Origin: a virus
Lineage: Duplodnaviria; Caudoviricetes
Strand: one strand, 5' to 3'
IMG/VR virus record: IMGVR_UViG_3300027714_000092
Coordinates: 1 to 27,736 of that record
DNA length: 27,736 nucleotides
This document shows positions 13,910 through 23,898 of the stretch, one piece after another (the first letter of the stretch is position 1; each line of letters opens with the position of its first letter). Position numbers and translations under genes: made by a program. Under the pieces are notes generated by a model. The model did not search any database, was not told the DNA's origin, and saw only the letters and a program-made list of their open reading frames with translations.

Positions 13910-16026
13910 TGAGTGTCTTACTAGACGTAAAGGACTATGAAGAACCCGCTGTTAAGATTTGCCCCAACGGTACGGAAGGTGAGATTATTGAACTCGGTGG
14001 GTTACTCATTTGCCTTCCAAAAAGGCCGTCGAAGAAAAACATTTTCGGATATAAAGAACCAGACTCTATGCAAATGTGGAGCAGGGTACCTATGCCGCAG
14101 GAACTGTCTCGTATTCGTTCTATGGATGAGTGGGAAGAAATGCCTAGAGAGTTCCGAGCGAGGTTCAATACATATATCGAAGAAGAGTTTCGGCGTAGGC
14201 GTGAAGGTTTTTGGTTTTATAACAACGGTACACCTACATATATTACGGGGAGGCATTATATGATGCTCCAGTGGACCAAGCTAGATATTGGTTACCCATA
14301 CTTCTTAAACTTTCAGAAAGAGATATTTTTACATATGGCGGCGTGTGAGATAGACCCTAGATGTATAGGTCAGCTATACACTAAGTGTCGTCGTAGTGGA
14401 TATACAAACATCTGTTCTGCAGTACTAGTAGACGAAGCTACGCAAGTAAAAGAAAAACTCCTAGGGATACAATCCAAAACAGGTAAAGACGCCCAGGAAA
14501 ACATATTTATGAAGAAGGTGGTTTTTATGTTTAGAAACTATCCTTTCTTTTTCAAGCCTATACAGGACGGTACAACAAATCCACGTATGGAGTTGGCTTT
14601 TAGAGAACCTTCTACAAGAATCACTAAGAAGAATAAAACCTCGCAGATGGGGGAAGCTTTGAATACAGTTATAAACTGGAAGAGTACAACTAATAACGCA
14701 TATGACGGGGAAAAATTACACCTGTTGTATCTAGATGAAGCAGGAAAATGGGAAAGACCTACAGACATAAGAGAAGCTTGGAGGATTCAGAGGACGTGTT
14801 TGATCGTCGGAAGAAAAATCGTGGGGAAAGCCATGGTAGGAAGCACAGTAAATCCAATGGACAAAGGGGGAAGTCAATACAAAGACCTTTGGGAGGATTC
14901 GGATCCTTTGACCAGGAACAAGAATGGACGGACTAGAACAGGGCTGTACAGACTTTTCATCCCTGCATATGACTCTTTAGAAGGCTTTTTTGATAAATAC
15001 GGCTTACCAGTCATCGAGGACCCTGTAGAAACTATAGAAGGTATAGACGATGAATATATATATTTCGGGGCAAGAACTTTTTTAAAAAACGAGAGAGAGT
15101 CTTTAAAGAACGATGCGTCGGAGCTTAACGAAGTGGTACGACAGTTCCCGTTTACCGAGGATGAAGCCTTTCGAGATAGCATCTCTGGTAGTGTATTTAA
15201 TATCGGGCAGATTTACGAGCAGATAGAACATAACGACGAACTTTTCCCGAACCCTGTAGTTATAGGTAATTTTACCTGGAAGGATGGGGTAAAAGACACT
15301 GAGGTTGTATTCAACCCTAACCCTCAAGGTAGGTTTAAGATTGCCTGGATGCCACCTGCAGACTTCCGAAACCAAAAAAGAACCGAAAGAGGAAAGAGGG
15401 TGGCCCCGCACCCAAACTATGGGGTAGGCGGAGTAGACTCATACGATCTTGATGCTACGGTAGATGGAAGAGGTTCTAAAGGTGCTTTGCACTTATATAA
15501 CAAATTCCACATAGAAAACCCTTCGAATATGTTTGTTGTAGAGTATGCTTCTAGGCCTCCTTTAGCAAAAATCTTCTATGAAGATGTTTTAATGGCTGCA
15601 GTATTTTACGGGTACCCAATTTTAATTGAGAACAATAAGTACGGTATAGCAAGGTACTTTGAGGCAAGGGGGTACGATGGGTATCTAATGGATAGGCCTA
15701 AACATTTGCTTAGCGCAAGTGCTATAAAATCAAAAACAAAAGGTATTCCTTCAAACTCTCAAGATGTAATACAAGCTCACGCTCACGCGATAGAAGCCTT
15801 TATACATGACCATGTGGGGATAAACCGAGAATCAGGTGAGGTTGGGAAAATGTATTTTAATAAAACATTAGAGGACTGGATAGGATATAAAATAGATGAT
15901 AGAACTAAATATGACCTTACTATTAGCTCTGGATTAGCTCTATTAGGAGCGCAGAAAGCCAAGATTAAAAAGCCTTCTGATTTAACTGAAAAGCAATTCT
16001 TTAGGAGGTATCAAGTAATCGGATGA
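13909..16026 (+). CDS. terL: Terminase large subunit
   Basis: Walker A-like KCRRSGYT, Walker B LLYLDEAGKW, coupling motif GST, RNase H-like GGVDSYD and late Asp KYDLTIS. Confidence 0.93.
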   Translation: MSVLLDVKDYEEPAVKICPNGTEGEIIELGGLLICLPKRPSKKNIFGYKEPDSMQMWSRVPMPQELSRIRSMDEWEEMPREFRARFNTYIEEEFRRRREGFWFYNNGTPTYITGRHYMMLQWTKLDIGYPYFLNFQKEIFLHMAACEIDPRCIGQLYTKCRRSGYTNICSAVLVDEATQVKEKLLGIQSKTGKDAQENIFMKKVVFMFRNYPFFFKPIQDGTTNPRMELAFREPSTRITKKNKTSQMGEALNTVINWKSTTNNAYDGEKLHLLYLDEAGKWERPTDIREAWRIQRTCLIVGRKIVGKAMVGSTVNPMDKGGSQYKDLWEDSDPLTRNKNGRTRTGLYRLFIPAYDSLEGFFDKYGLPVIEDPVETIEGIDDEYIYFGARTFLKNERESLKNDASELNEVVRQFPFTEDEAFRDSISGSVFNIGQIYEQIEHNDELFPNPVVIGNFTWKDGVKDTEVVFNPNPQGRFKIAWMPPADFRNQKRTERGKRVAPHPNYGVGGVDSYDLDATVDGRGSKGALHLYNKFHIENPSNMFVVEYASRPPLAKIFYEDVLMAAVFYGYPILIENNKYGIARYFEARGYDGYLMDRPKHLLSASAIKSKTKGIPSNSQDVIQAHAHAIEAFIHDHVGINRESGEVGKMYFNKTLEDWIGYKIDDRTKYDLTISSGLALLGAQKAKIKKPSDLTEKQFFRRYQVIG

Positions 16027-16031
16027 TTTAC

Positions 16032-16039
16032 TATATTTG
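16032..16039 (+). promoter_or_regulatory. Bacteroidota -7 element TATATTTG
   Basis: Exact consensus in the terL-portal gap. Confidence 0.7.
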
Positions 16040-16065
16040 CTAAATAGAAATACCATATCTTAAGG

Positions 16066-18504
16066 ATGTACAATAACGATAATAAAAGTAAACAAGGATT
16101 CCCTAATCCGTTAGAGTCTACGGAAAAAAAAGAGGCGAAAGGATATGGTATTCAGTATGCAAAAGCTATTGAATCTCAATGGGGTAAGACTACAGATCAG
16201 TCTTCTTTAGTCGGAAAACGCAATAAAATCTTTGAAAAAGATAGAGATTATGCTATTGGAGTTCAAGATACAAGTATATATAAACAGCTATTAAACTCCC
16301 TTCAACCAAACAAAGCTGACGGAGCTTTATTGAACATGGATTACACTCCAGTTCCAATCCTACCTAAATTTGTCAGGATTGTAGTTAATAAAATATTATC
16401 TGTAAATCCTTATCCTAATCTAGAAGCAGTAGACCCCTTATCTTCCTCAGAAAAAAACGAGAAGAAAAAAAAGGTGTTGATGCAAGTTCAGTCTAAAGGC
16501 AAATTGACGGAGTTAAAAGAAAAAACAGGGGTTGTATTGGATATGGATCCAGATTCTATTCCAGACACCCCAGAAGAAGCAGAGATATTATTTGATACAA
16601 ATATTAAAACAGACGGGGAGATTTCAGCTCAACTAGGCACAGAACTTACCCTTACTTGGAATAATTTTGTAGACAATACCTTTCGCAGGTGTGTAAACGA
16701 TTTAGCTACTCTAGGTATGTCTGTAGTGAAAAGGTCTAATGATCCTAACGAAGGGATAAAAACATCTTATGTAGATCCCTGTATGTTTATACACAGCCAT
16801 ACAGAAGACCCTAATTTTGATGACCTTATATATGCTGGTCACATAAAAAAGATTTCTATACAAGAGTTAAAACGTATTTCAGGAGGAGAGCTTACAGAAG
16901 CAGACTTTGAAAAAATAGCAGAAAAGTCTAAAGGGAAAAATGGGAATGATTCTAGCAAGTATAATAAAAAAAGCTATAACGATGCTTTAGGGTTAACGGG
17001 ATTTGGTTATGATGAGTATATGGTTGAAGTTTTAGACTTTGAGTTTATCTCTGTAGACTGTATACATTTTGAAGAGAAAGAAAACAGACATGGAAATACG
17101 GGGTTTTATTATAAAGGCTTTGAAGCTCAACCTAATAAAAACAGCGTATTTGAGCGCACTCCACATAAATTAGAAATCTCTACTGTCTATGGGGGGAGCT
17201 ATGTGTTAGGTTGTGATTATCTATTTGGTTACGGAAAAACTAAAAACGTACCTAAAAACATTCACGATATATCTAAAGCAAGACTATCGTACTCCGTAAC
17301 TGCGACTAATATCCGCAATATGATGCCTAAATCTATGGTAGATAGCTGTATAGGTTTTGCAGACATGCTTCAGTTGACTCACTTAAAGATACAGCAGGCT
17401 ATAGCAAAAGCTAAACCAGACGGGTTAATTATAGATATTGAGGGTTTAGAAAACGTTCAATTAGGAAAAGCAGGGGAGCTGCAACCTTTAGATCTTCACG
17501 ATATATACGAGCAGACGGGTGTTTTCTATTACAGAAGCAAGAACCCAGAAGGAGGATTTCAAAACCCTCCAGTTCGAGAAATAAGCAACAGCATAAGAAA
17601 TATAAACGAGCTTATAGGGTTGTACAATCATTACTTAGGGTTAATAAGAGATACAACAGGTATTAACGAAGCTATGGACTCTTCTTCTCCAAAAGGAGAT
17701 GCTTTAGTTGGGGTTCAAGAGCAGGCTATAGCAGCAGGTAATAATGCTATATATGATATAACAAATTCTGCTATGATCCTGTTCAAAAAAGTATGTGAGG
17801 ATATAGTAAGATGTATTCAAATCATACCTGTAGAATCAGTTCTTTTCAAAGTTTATCAGAACGCTATTGGGGATACTAATATGGAGGCTCTTGCATCCTT
17901 TAAAGATCTTCCAATGTATAACTTCGGGGTAGTTGTTGTTAAAGACATGGAGGAGAAGGATAAAGTCTATTTAGAGCAAAACATCCAAATGGCTCTTCAG
18001 CAACAAGAATTAGACTTAGAAGACGCTATAGCTGTTCGGGGACTTAAAGATATCAACCAAGCAGAAAGGCTTCTCGTTGTTAGACGTAAAAAGCGTATGG
18101 CCTTACAACAAGAAGCGGCTATGCAAAACTCTAAGCAACAAGCAGAAATGCAGACTCAAATTGCACAGCAAGCACAACAAGCTAAAATGGCAGAGATGCA
18201 AGCGGCAGCTCAATTTGACAGTCAGAAGATTCAGATGCAATCGCAACTAGACATGAAGATGGAACAGATGAGGCATGAGTTTAAAAAAGAAATTGAAATT
18301 ATTAAAGCTCAAGCGACTCTTGGATTTAAAGAAGACGATAAAGAGTTTAAAGAAAAATTAGAGGTTTTAAAAGAAACTCGTAAAGACGATAGGTTGGATC
18401 AACAAACTTCCGATCAAAGCAAGCTTATAGCTCAAAGACAAGGAAAAAGAAATGAATTACCTGAAAGCTCAAATAAACTCATTAACGCATTATTAAACGA
18501 ATAA
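16066..18504 (+). CDS. Portal protein, 812 aa, with Q-rich coiled-coil C-terminal barrel
   Basis: Directly follows terL; size, TGINEAMD motif and long Q/A/M coiled coil fit podovirus/crAss-type portals. Confidence 0.85.
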   Translation: MYNNDNKSKQGFPNPLESTEKKEAKGYGIQYAKAIESQWGKTTDQSSLVGKRNKIFEKDRDYAIGVQDTSIYKQLLNSLQPNKADGALLNMDYTPVPILPKFVRIVVNKILSVNPYPNLEAVDPLSSSEKNEKKKKVLMQVQSKGKLTELKEKTGVVLDMDPDSIPDTPEEAEILFDTNIKTDGEISAQLGTELTLTWNNFVDNTFRRCVNDLATLGMSVVKRSNDPNEGIKTSYVDPCMFIHSHTEDPNFDDLIYAGHIKKISIQELKRISGGELTEADFEKIAEKSKGKNGNDSSKYNKKSYNDALGLTGFGYDEYMVEVLDFEFISVDCIHFEEKENRHGNTGFYYKGFEAQPNKNSVFERTPHKLEISTVYGGSYVLGCDYLFGYGKTKNVPKNIHDISKARLSYSVTATNIRNMMPKSMVDSCIGFADMLQLTHLKIQQAIAKAKPDGLIIDIEGLENVQLGKAGELQPLDLHDIYEQTGVFYYRSKNPEGGFQNPPVREISNSIRNINELIGLYNHYLGLIRDTTGINEAMDSSSPKGDALVGVQEQAIAAGNNAIYDITNSAMILFKKVCEDIVRCIQIIPVESVLFKVYQNAIGDTNMEALASFKDLPMYNFGVVVVKDMEEKDKVYLEQNIQMALQQQELDLEDAIAVRGLKDINQAERLLVVRRKKRMALQQEAAMQNSKQQAEMQTQIAQQAQQAKMAEMQAAAQFDSQKIQMQSQLDMKMEQMRHEFKKEIEIIKAQATLGFKEDDKEFKEKLEVLKETRKDDRLDQQTSDQSKLIAQRQGKRNELPESSNKLINALLNE

Positions 18505-18505
18505 A

Positions 18506-19006
18506 ATGGCTAGTTCAGTAAACTTAGATACTTCAGACGTATTAAATATAACGTGTAGAAAAGGCGATACTTTTTCTATTACTATTACTTTAAAAAATTC
18601 TGCGGGGACATTGCTTACATTATCTACAAGTGGGTATACTTTCTTAATGCAAGTAAAATCTAAAAATATAACTAAAAGAGGAAGGTCTAGTGTATCATCT
18701 TTAATCTTAGGTACTCCTAATGCTGCGGCTAAAGATCAAGTTAGAGTTAAATCAAAAACCAAAACTAAAGAAATACTAATACCTGTTGTATCTAGCAACA
18801 ATACATTTGAAGTCCCAACACTAGACGACGTGGGGAACGTTACAATAAAGGCCTCTGCAGAAACTATGAGCAAAGTTCCTTCTGGTTCTTACTCATACGA
18901 CTTGCAGTATATTTTACCTAATAGCTCTGGCTTAGATACCCATAGAACTGTTTTGAGAGGTAAGTTTACTGTTAACCCAGATATAACTGAAGCTTTTGAG
19001 GGGTAA
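18506..19006 (+). CDS. BppU-N-like tail/baseplate adaptor protein
   Basis: RKGDTFSITITLK...YTFLMQVK...GSYSYDLQ...LRGKFTVNPDIT pattern. Confidence 0.65.
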   Translation: MASSVNLDTSDVLNITCRKGDTFSITITLKNSAGTLLTLSTSGYTFLMQVKSKNITKRGRSSVSSLILGTPNAAAKDQVRVKSKTKTKEILIPVVSSNNTFEVPTLDDVGNVTIKASAETMSKVPSGSYSYDLQYILPNSSGLDTHRTVLRGKFTVNPDITEAFEG

Positions 19007-19176
19007 TGAGTATATCCACAAGTACATCCCCTGCTAATACTGTTAGTATTTCTATTAATGGAAACATTTCTGTAAGCTTTACAAAAAGTAGTTCATCTAT
19101 ATCTGTAATCCCACCAGCTGCATCTTCTACGATATTAACTGACAAATTAATCAGATCAATACAAGTGGTTGCTTAA
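19006..19176 (+). CDS. 56-aa Ser/Thr/Ile-rich protein; absent from ORF track
   Basis: Translated by hand (MSISTSTSPANTVSISINGN...IQVVA); TAATG overlap; fills the gap. Confidence 0.65.
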   Translation: MSISTSTSPANTVSISINGNISVSFTKSSSSISVIPPAASSTILTDKLIRSIQVVA

Positions 19177-19189
19177 CAACACAAGAAAT

Positions 19190-21196
19190 ATGAAAAAATT
19201 ATTATTCCTTTTATTTTTTTTACCTATAACGGTTTTCACTCAAGATAGCTGGGTTAAGGTTTTAATACAGCCTGATCAATACGCAGGCGAAACATCATGG
19301 GAGATATATAACATAGATGGGGATATTGTAGCAATAAGCCCAGCTTACTATTCTAATACGTATCAAGAGGATATATTCCTTTTAGATTCTGGAGATTACA
19401 ATCTCGTTGTGTATGACTCTTTTGGAGATGGTATTTGTTGCGGTTATGGTGCTGGTTGGTTTGGATTAACAAATATGTGCGGATTAGATCAGTACCTTTA
19501 TGATTTTGCTAGTTCATCCGCCACGGTGTTTTTTACACTCGACCCATGTGAAGCTCCTATTCCTGGGTGCATGCAAGAGGAAGCTATAAACTTCAACCCC
19601 TGGGCAAATTTACCCGCTTCGTGTACCTTTCCAGCAGCCCCATGTGATACTGGGGCGACTAATATTATTGTTCTTGTTACTCCTGATAGCTACCCTGCTG
19701 AAACCAGCTGGGATATAACGGCTAATGGCGAGGTTATAGCTTATGGCGGAAACGAGGGTAATACAGGAGTGACAATACCTACGTACACATGTGTTGGTGT
19801 AGGGGACACTCTTGTTGCAAGCATATACGATACTTATGGGGATGGTTTATGTGGTACATGTTGGGGTGGGGTAGATGGATACTTTGATGTAACAACTCTA
19901 TGTGGGGACAGTATATTCTTTATTGGTGGAGTTGAGCAATTCGATACCGCTTCGTCAGGACAATATATAGTACCACCATGTATACCTCTTGTTCCCCAGG
20001 GCTGTACCGATCTAGGATATGTGGAGTATGATTCAAATGCAATTACTGATAATGGAAGTTGTGAAACTTTAGTGCAGTTAGGGTGTGTTGATGAGTCAAT
20101 GTTTAATTACGATCCTTTAGCTAATACTATGGATGTACACCCTTCGTGTGATTATGACTTAGTTATTACAGACGGGGGTGCCGATGGGTGGTTTGGTAGT
20201 TGGCTTGGTGTAACCCAAGGAGACAGTATTTACGGGCCGTATCAGATGGGTCCAGAAGACGGGTATGAAGAAAACTTTAATTTAACTTTAAGTTCTAATG
20301 AAGCAGTTAGTGTTTATTTCTTTACAGAGGGTAACGCTGAAACAACAGCAGCTCAATGTGGGTTTAGACTTGAAGGGCCGAATGGTGAGGTTATGCAAAG
20401 CGGAACTAACCCATGGACAGACCCGCTCAAAAAATTCCCATATGTATACTCAGGTACACCCACATGTTTAAATTACTGTGAGCCGTTTACGTATGGATGC
20501 ACTGACGAATCGGCTCAAAACTACAGTGCTGACGCCAATACTGATAACAACGCTTGCTACTACTCTGCAGGATGTATGCAAGCGGGGTATGTAGAATACT
20601 ATACGCAAGGTTATGAGGCCGACTTTGATGACGGTAGTTGTAACACTTTAGCTGTATTTGGCTGTACAGATGAACTTGCTCTAAACTTTAACCCAGAAGC
20701 TAACGTAGACATAGATAGTTGCATTGAAGTAATACTTGATTGCACTGACCCTATTGCAGTGAACTACAATGAGTTAGCAAACACCCCTGATAATGAATTG
20801 TGTTTGTATGACGCAGGATGTATAGGTGAGCCTGGAGAGCCGTACTACCTAAACGATTCCTGTTACGCGTGGATAATATCAATAGATGCTTATTGCTGTG
20901 AAGTAGGGTTTGACAACGCTTGTGTAGAGCTGTACGACTATTGCGAACAGGGATGGCCTGCAGGGATACCACAAGTTTTCGAAGAGCTTAATGTATACCC
21001 GAACCCCGTAAGTGATATATTAAATATACAGACCTCTCTAGACGTGTTTACAGAGGTGTATAGCGCTTTAGGGCATCTGGTAATATCAGGTACTAAAGAA
21101 AAAAGAATTGACCTAAGAGAGCTTCCTAGTGGGGTCTATCAGGTTACTATAAACTATAACGGTAGGATTTTAATTAAAAAGATAATTAAATTATGA
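19190..21196 (+). CDS. Secreted Cys-rich repeat protein with T9SS type A C-terminal sorting domain
   Basis: Sec signal MKKLLFLLFFLPITVFTQ; about 7 GCTD..A.NY...A..D..SC repeats; CTD VYPNP...IDLRELPSGVYQV...KKIIK (20987-21196). Confidence 0.9.
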   Translation: MKKLLFLLFFLPITVFTQDSWVKVLIQPDQYAGETSWEIYNIDGDIVAISPAYYSNTYQEDIFLLDSGDYNLVVYDSFGDGICCGYGAGWFGLTNMCGLDQYLYDFASSSATVFFTLDPCEAPIPGCMQEEAINFNPWANLPASCTFPAAPCDTGATNIIVLVTPDSYPAETSWDITANGEVIAYGGNEGNTGVTIPTYTCVGVGDTLVASIYDTYGDGLCGTCWGGVDGYFDVTTLCGDSIFFIGGVEQFDTASSGQYIVPPCIPLVPQGCTDLGYVEYDSNAITDNGSCETLVQLGCVDESMFNYDPLANTMDVHPSCDYDLVITDGGADGWFGSWLGVTQGDSIYGPYQMGPEDGYEENFNLTLSSNEAVSVYFFTEGNAETTAAQCGFRLEGPNGEVMQSGTNPWTDPLKKFPYVYSGTPTCLNYCEPFTYGCTDESAQNYSADANTDNNACYYSAGCMQAGYVEYYTQGYEADFDDGSCNTLAVFGCTDELALNFNPEANVDIDSCIEVILDCTDPIAVNYNELANTPDNELCLYDAGCIGEPGEPYYLNDSCYAWIISIDAYCCEVGFDNACVELYDYCEQGWPAGIPQVFEELNVYPNPVSDILNIQTSLDVFTEVYSALGHLVISGTKEKRIDLRELPSGVYQVTINYNGRILIKKIIKL

Positions 21197-21393
21197 GTTA
21201 CTTAACAAATAAGACTATTAAAAAACGTATTGATAAACTTCTAGGTAATAACGCTTCTTATCAAGCCTCTAATGTTTGCGTTAACAACAGCAAGACTAAA
21301 AGACAAGATATAAACAGGCATTGTCGTGTTAACTTTATAAATCCAATTAAGGATATAGATAAGGATTTCTATAATCAAATAATTCTACAATGA
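21193..21393 (+). CDS. Hypothetical protein, 66 aa
   Basis: ATGA overlaps at both ends. Confidence 0.7.
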   Translation: MSYLTNKTIKKRIDKLLGNNASYQASNVCVNNSKTKRQDINRHCRVNFINPIKDIDKDFYNQIILQ

Positions 21394-22427
21394 AACATAT
21401 ACTGGCTTTATTATTATTATTAATTTCGTTTAATGTTAACGGACAGTCTTTAAAAAAAACATTTAAGTTTGCTACGTTCTACACGGCTTTTAGCGGTGGT
21501 AACTCTATAGCAGATGACAACGTGTACTCCGTGACAAGCGGTTTACAGACAGATGTAGTTGCAACGCCTTTTGATTACTCATTTACTGCAGGTATACGTA
21601 AAATAGCTAGATTTGGGTATGAAAATCGCGCTAACGCGTTTTACAATGGAACAGAAAAATCGTATAGCGATGCTGCTACGGTAGGTAAAGTAAAAGGCTT
21701 TGAGTTTTTATTTGAAGCGGATTGGCGTAGACAACAAGGGACTAACTTCCTAGACCAAAATCATTTCCTTAGATATGTAGCTAAAAACTGGGTAACAAAA
21801 GTGGAGTATGTGCAAGACGGGTTTGCAGATGTGCAGTATTTTGAAGGATCCCAAAGAGGGAGATTAAAAATAACCGATAACCTTAGCCTTAACATAGGGG
21901 TGGCGCAACGCATATCGGAGCCATACGGCTATGACGCTCTTGAAGAATGGATGCTGTCTAACGGGAATTTACATTACACTAACCTTGCTATACAGGAGGG
22001 ATATACTGTAGATGTATCTTCTAGCGAATATTACAATCCATCTGGCAATCTTGTAGCTAATAGTTCCGATGTATGGGAGCAGGTCGTTATACCTGTAGTT
22101 ATAGATGACTACGTAGATCGCAAAAGAAATGAACTACCGAGTCAATGGAACCACTCTGTAGTAATTGGGTACGATTATTACAAGTACTCTAAAGACTTCT
22201 GGATGCACAGTTGGGTAAGCGTTATGCCTTACCATTTGCGGGTTGACAACGAATATTCTTATTTCGAAGCAACGGAAGGTGAGCAGTGGGTGGATTACTC
22301 TGGAGGCCTTATCTTTGGCTGGAGGTTAAACAAAAGTCTCGGAATATTTTTAGAGGGAAAATATAACAAATATTGGAACAGGGCATGGCACGATTTCTCT
22401 GTTGGACTTAATTACGTAATACTATAA
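21390..22427 (+). CDS. Putative outer-membrane beta-barrel protein, 345 aa
   Basis: Signal peptide, aromatic-rich alternating strands, C-terminal beta-signal-like FSVGLNYVIL. Confidence 0.75.
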   Translation: MKHILALLLLLISFNVNGQSLKKTFKFATFYTAFSGGNSIADDNVYSVTSGLQTDVVATPFDYSFTAGIRKIARFGYENRANAFYNGTEKSYSDAATVGKVKGFEFLFEADWRRQQGTNFLDQNHFLRYVAKNWVTKVEYVQDGFADVQYFEGSQRGRLKITDNLSLNIGVAQRISEPYGYDALEEWMLSNGNLHYTNLAIQEGYTVDVSSSEYYNPSGNLVANSSDVWEQVVIPVVIDDYVDRKRNELPSQWNHSVVIGYDYYKYSKDFWMHSWVSVMPYHLRVDNEYSYFEATEGEQWVDYSGGLIFGWRLNKSLGIFLEGKYNKYWNRAWHDFSVGLNYVIL

Positions 22428-22429
22428 AA

Positions 22430-22714
22430 ATGGCGCAACAGATTGGAGAGGATACAAAAGTAACACTAGACCTAAAAACAATAGGTATAGGTGTAGCGGG
22501 GTTAGGGTCATTAATAGCTATGTGGTTTGCTCTGCAATCAGATATAGCTTTAGCAAAAGAGCTACCCGTCCCTGCTGAGCCAGAGATTACGCGTATGGAG
22601 TTTGATATGAAAGATCAGCTGGTACGTCAAACGATTATGAGCACGCAAGAAGATGTTATTGAAATAAAGGACGACTTAAAAAACATCGAAAGAAAAATAG
22701 ATGAACTAAAATAA
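22430..22714 (+). CDS. Single-TM protein with C-terminal coiled coil, 94 aa
   Basis: TM IGIGVAGLGSLIAMWFAL; heptad tail VIEIKDDLKNIERKIDEL. Confidence 0.75.
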   Translation: MAQQIGEDTKVTLDLKTIGIGVAGLGSLIAMWFALQSDIALAKELPVPAEPEITRMEFDMKDQLVRQTIMSTQEDVIEIKDDLKNIERKIDELK

Positions 22715-22720
22715 TAATTC

Positions 22721-23077
22721 ATGAAAACTTTACTTCTTACTTTTACGTTACTTTTGTTTTCCACTGCTGTATATGTGTCTACTCCTCCTCCTGTATTGGA
22801 TGAGGGTATTTCTGTAATAGAATTTAATGCAAGTTTTAACGCTTCAAATAGCGTAAGCTGGATGGACAAGCTTAGCGACTGTAAAGGGAAAAGAGTAGAT
22901 ATAGCTTCCAATCCTGCTATGCAAAAAGAACATAGGATAGTTGTTGTACCTACGATTATAATATTCAACGAGGGTGAGGAAGTAAAAAGATTTCAAGCGA
23001 ATATAATGATGCAGCTAGAAGCCACTCAAGACGATATACAAGAGGCTGTAGATGAAATTCTAATGAGTTCGTTTTAA
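22721..23077 (+). CDS. Exported thioredoxin-fold protein lacking CxxC
   Basis: Signal peptide; VIEFNASFNASN replaces F.A.WCxxC; retains VDI, cis-Pro VVPT and GEEVKR. Confidence 0.75.
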   Translation: MKTLLLTFTLLLFSTAVYVSTPPPVLDEGISVIEFNASFNASNSVSWMDKLSDCKGKRVDIASNPAMQKEHRIVVVPTIIIFNEGEEVKRFQANIMMQLEATQDDIQEAVDEILMSSF

Positions 23078-23112
23078 TTGCTATCTTTACACAACGATAA
23101 TAAACACGAATA

Positions 23113-23898
23113 ATGATAGGTCTAGGATCAACCGCATCGAAAAGCCCCACGGTAAATAAAACTATTGTACGCGATAGTTTAGTCTTGCGGCACGACTATA
23201 CAAATAGGCTTGTAGAACCTTGTAGTACTGGGGCGGTATATCTTGATGAGAGTAATGATGATTATATAGATATAGGAAACCAAGCTAACTTAAATATGAG
23301 TACTGGGAGTTTTTCAGTGTCATGCTGGGTATACTCTAATCACCACTCTACACCCACCACTCGCTTTGTATTAGGAAAAGGAGACAATGCTTCTACAGCA
23401 AGTTCAACAGGGTATGCTCTGTATCTTGGTAACACTGGAACAGACTGGATTTTTTCTGTTGGAGACGGTACTGATTTCAAGACTTCTAAAACAACTGTGG
23501 AGGCAAATTACAATCAATGGTATCATGTTTGCGGAACATTTGATGGAACTGCAAAAACACTTAAACTTTATGTTGATGGGGCTTTAATTGATACTGATAC
23601 TGAGACTGATATAGGGGATATAGATAATACAACTGCGTTTCAAATCGGAAGAATAGCCGCTTCAACAAGTACTACTTGGGACGGTTACATTTGCAATGTC
23701 GGTGTTTGGAAAGGAGTAGTCTTAACCCAACCTAAAGTCAAATCTATCATGCACAAAGACTACGCAGCGTTATCCGCTAGCGAGAAGACGGGTTTATCAA
23801 GTTGGTGGAATTTGGATGAACAAACAGCAATAGATGGAACAGCTGGTACAGGTGGCGTAAAAGACCACAAAGGATCTAATCACGGAACTTTAGAATAA
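23113..23898 (+). CDS. LamG/concanavalin A-like domain protein (tail/fibre)
   Basis: FSVSCWV, NQWYHVCGTFDG, LKLYVDG, WDGYICNVGVW. Confidence 0.85.
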   Translation: MIGLGSTASKSPTVNKTIVRDSLVLRHDYTNRLVEPCSTGAVYLDESNDDYIDIGNQANLNMSTGSFSVSCWVYSNHHSTPTTRFVLGKGDNASTASSTGYALYLGNTGTDWIFSVGDGTDFKTSKTTVEANYNQWYHVCGTFDGTAKTLKLYVDGALIDTDTETDIGDIDNTTAFQIGRIAASTSTTWDGYICNVGVWKGVVLTQPKVKSIMHKDYAALSASEKTGLSSWWNLDEQTAIDGTAGTGGVKDHKGSNHGTLE

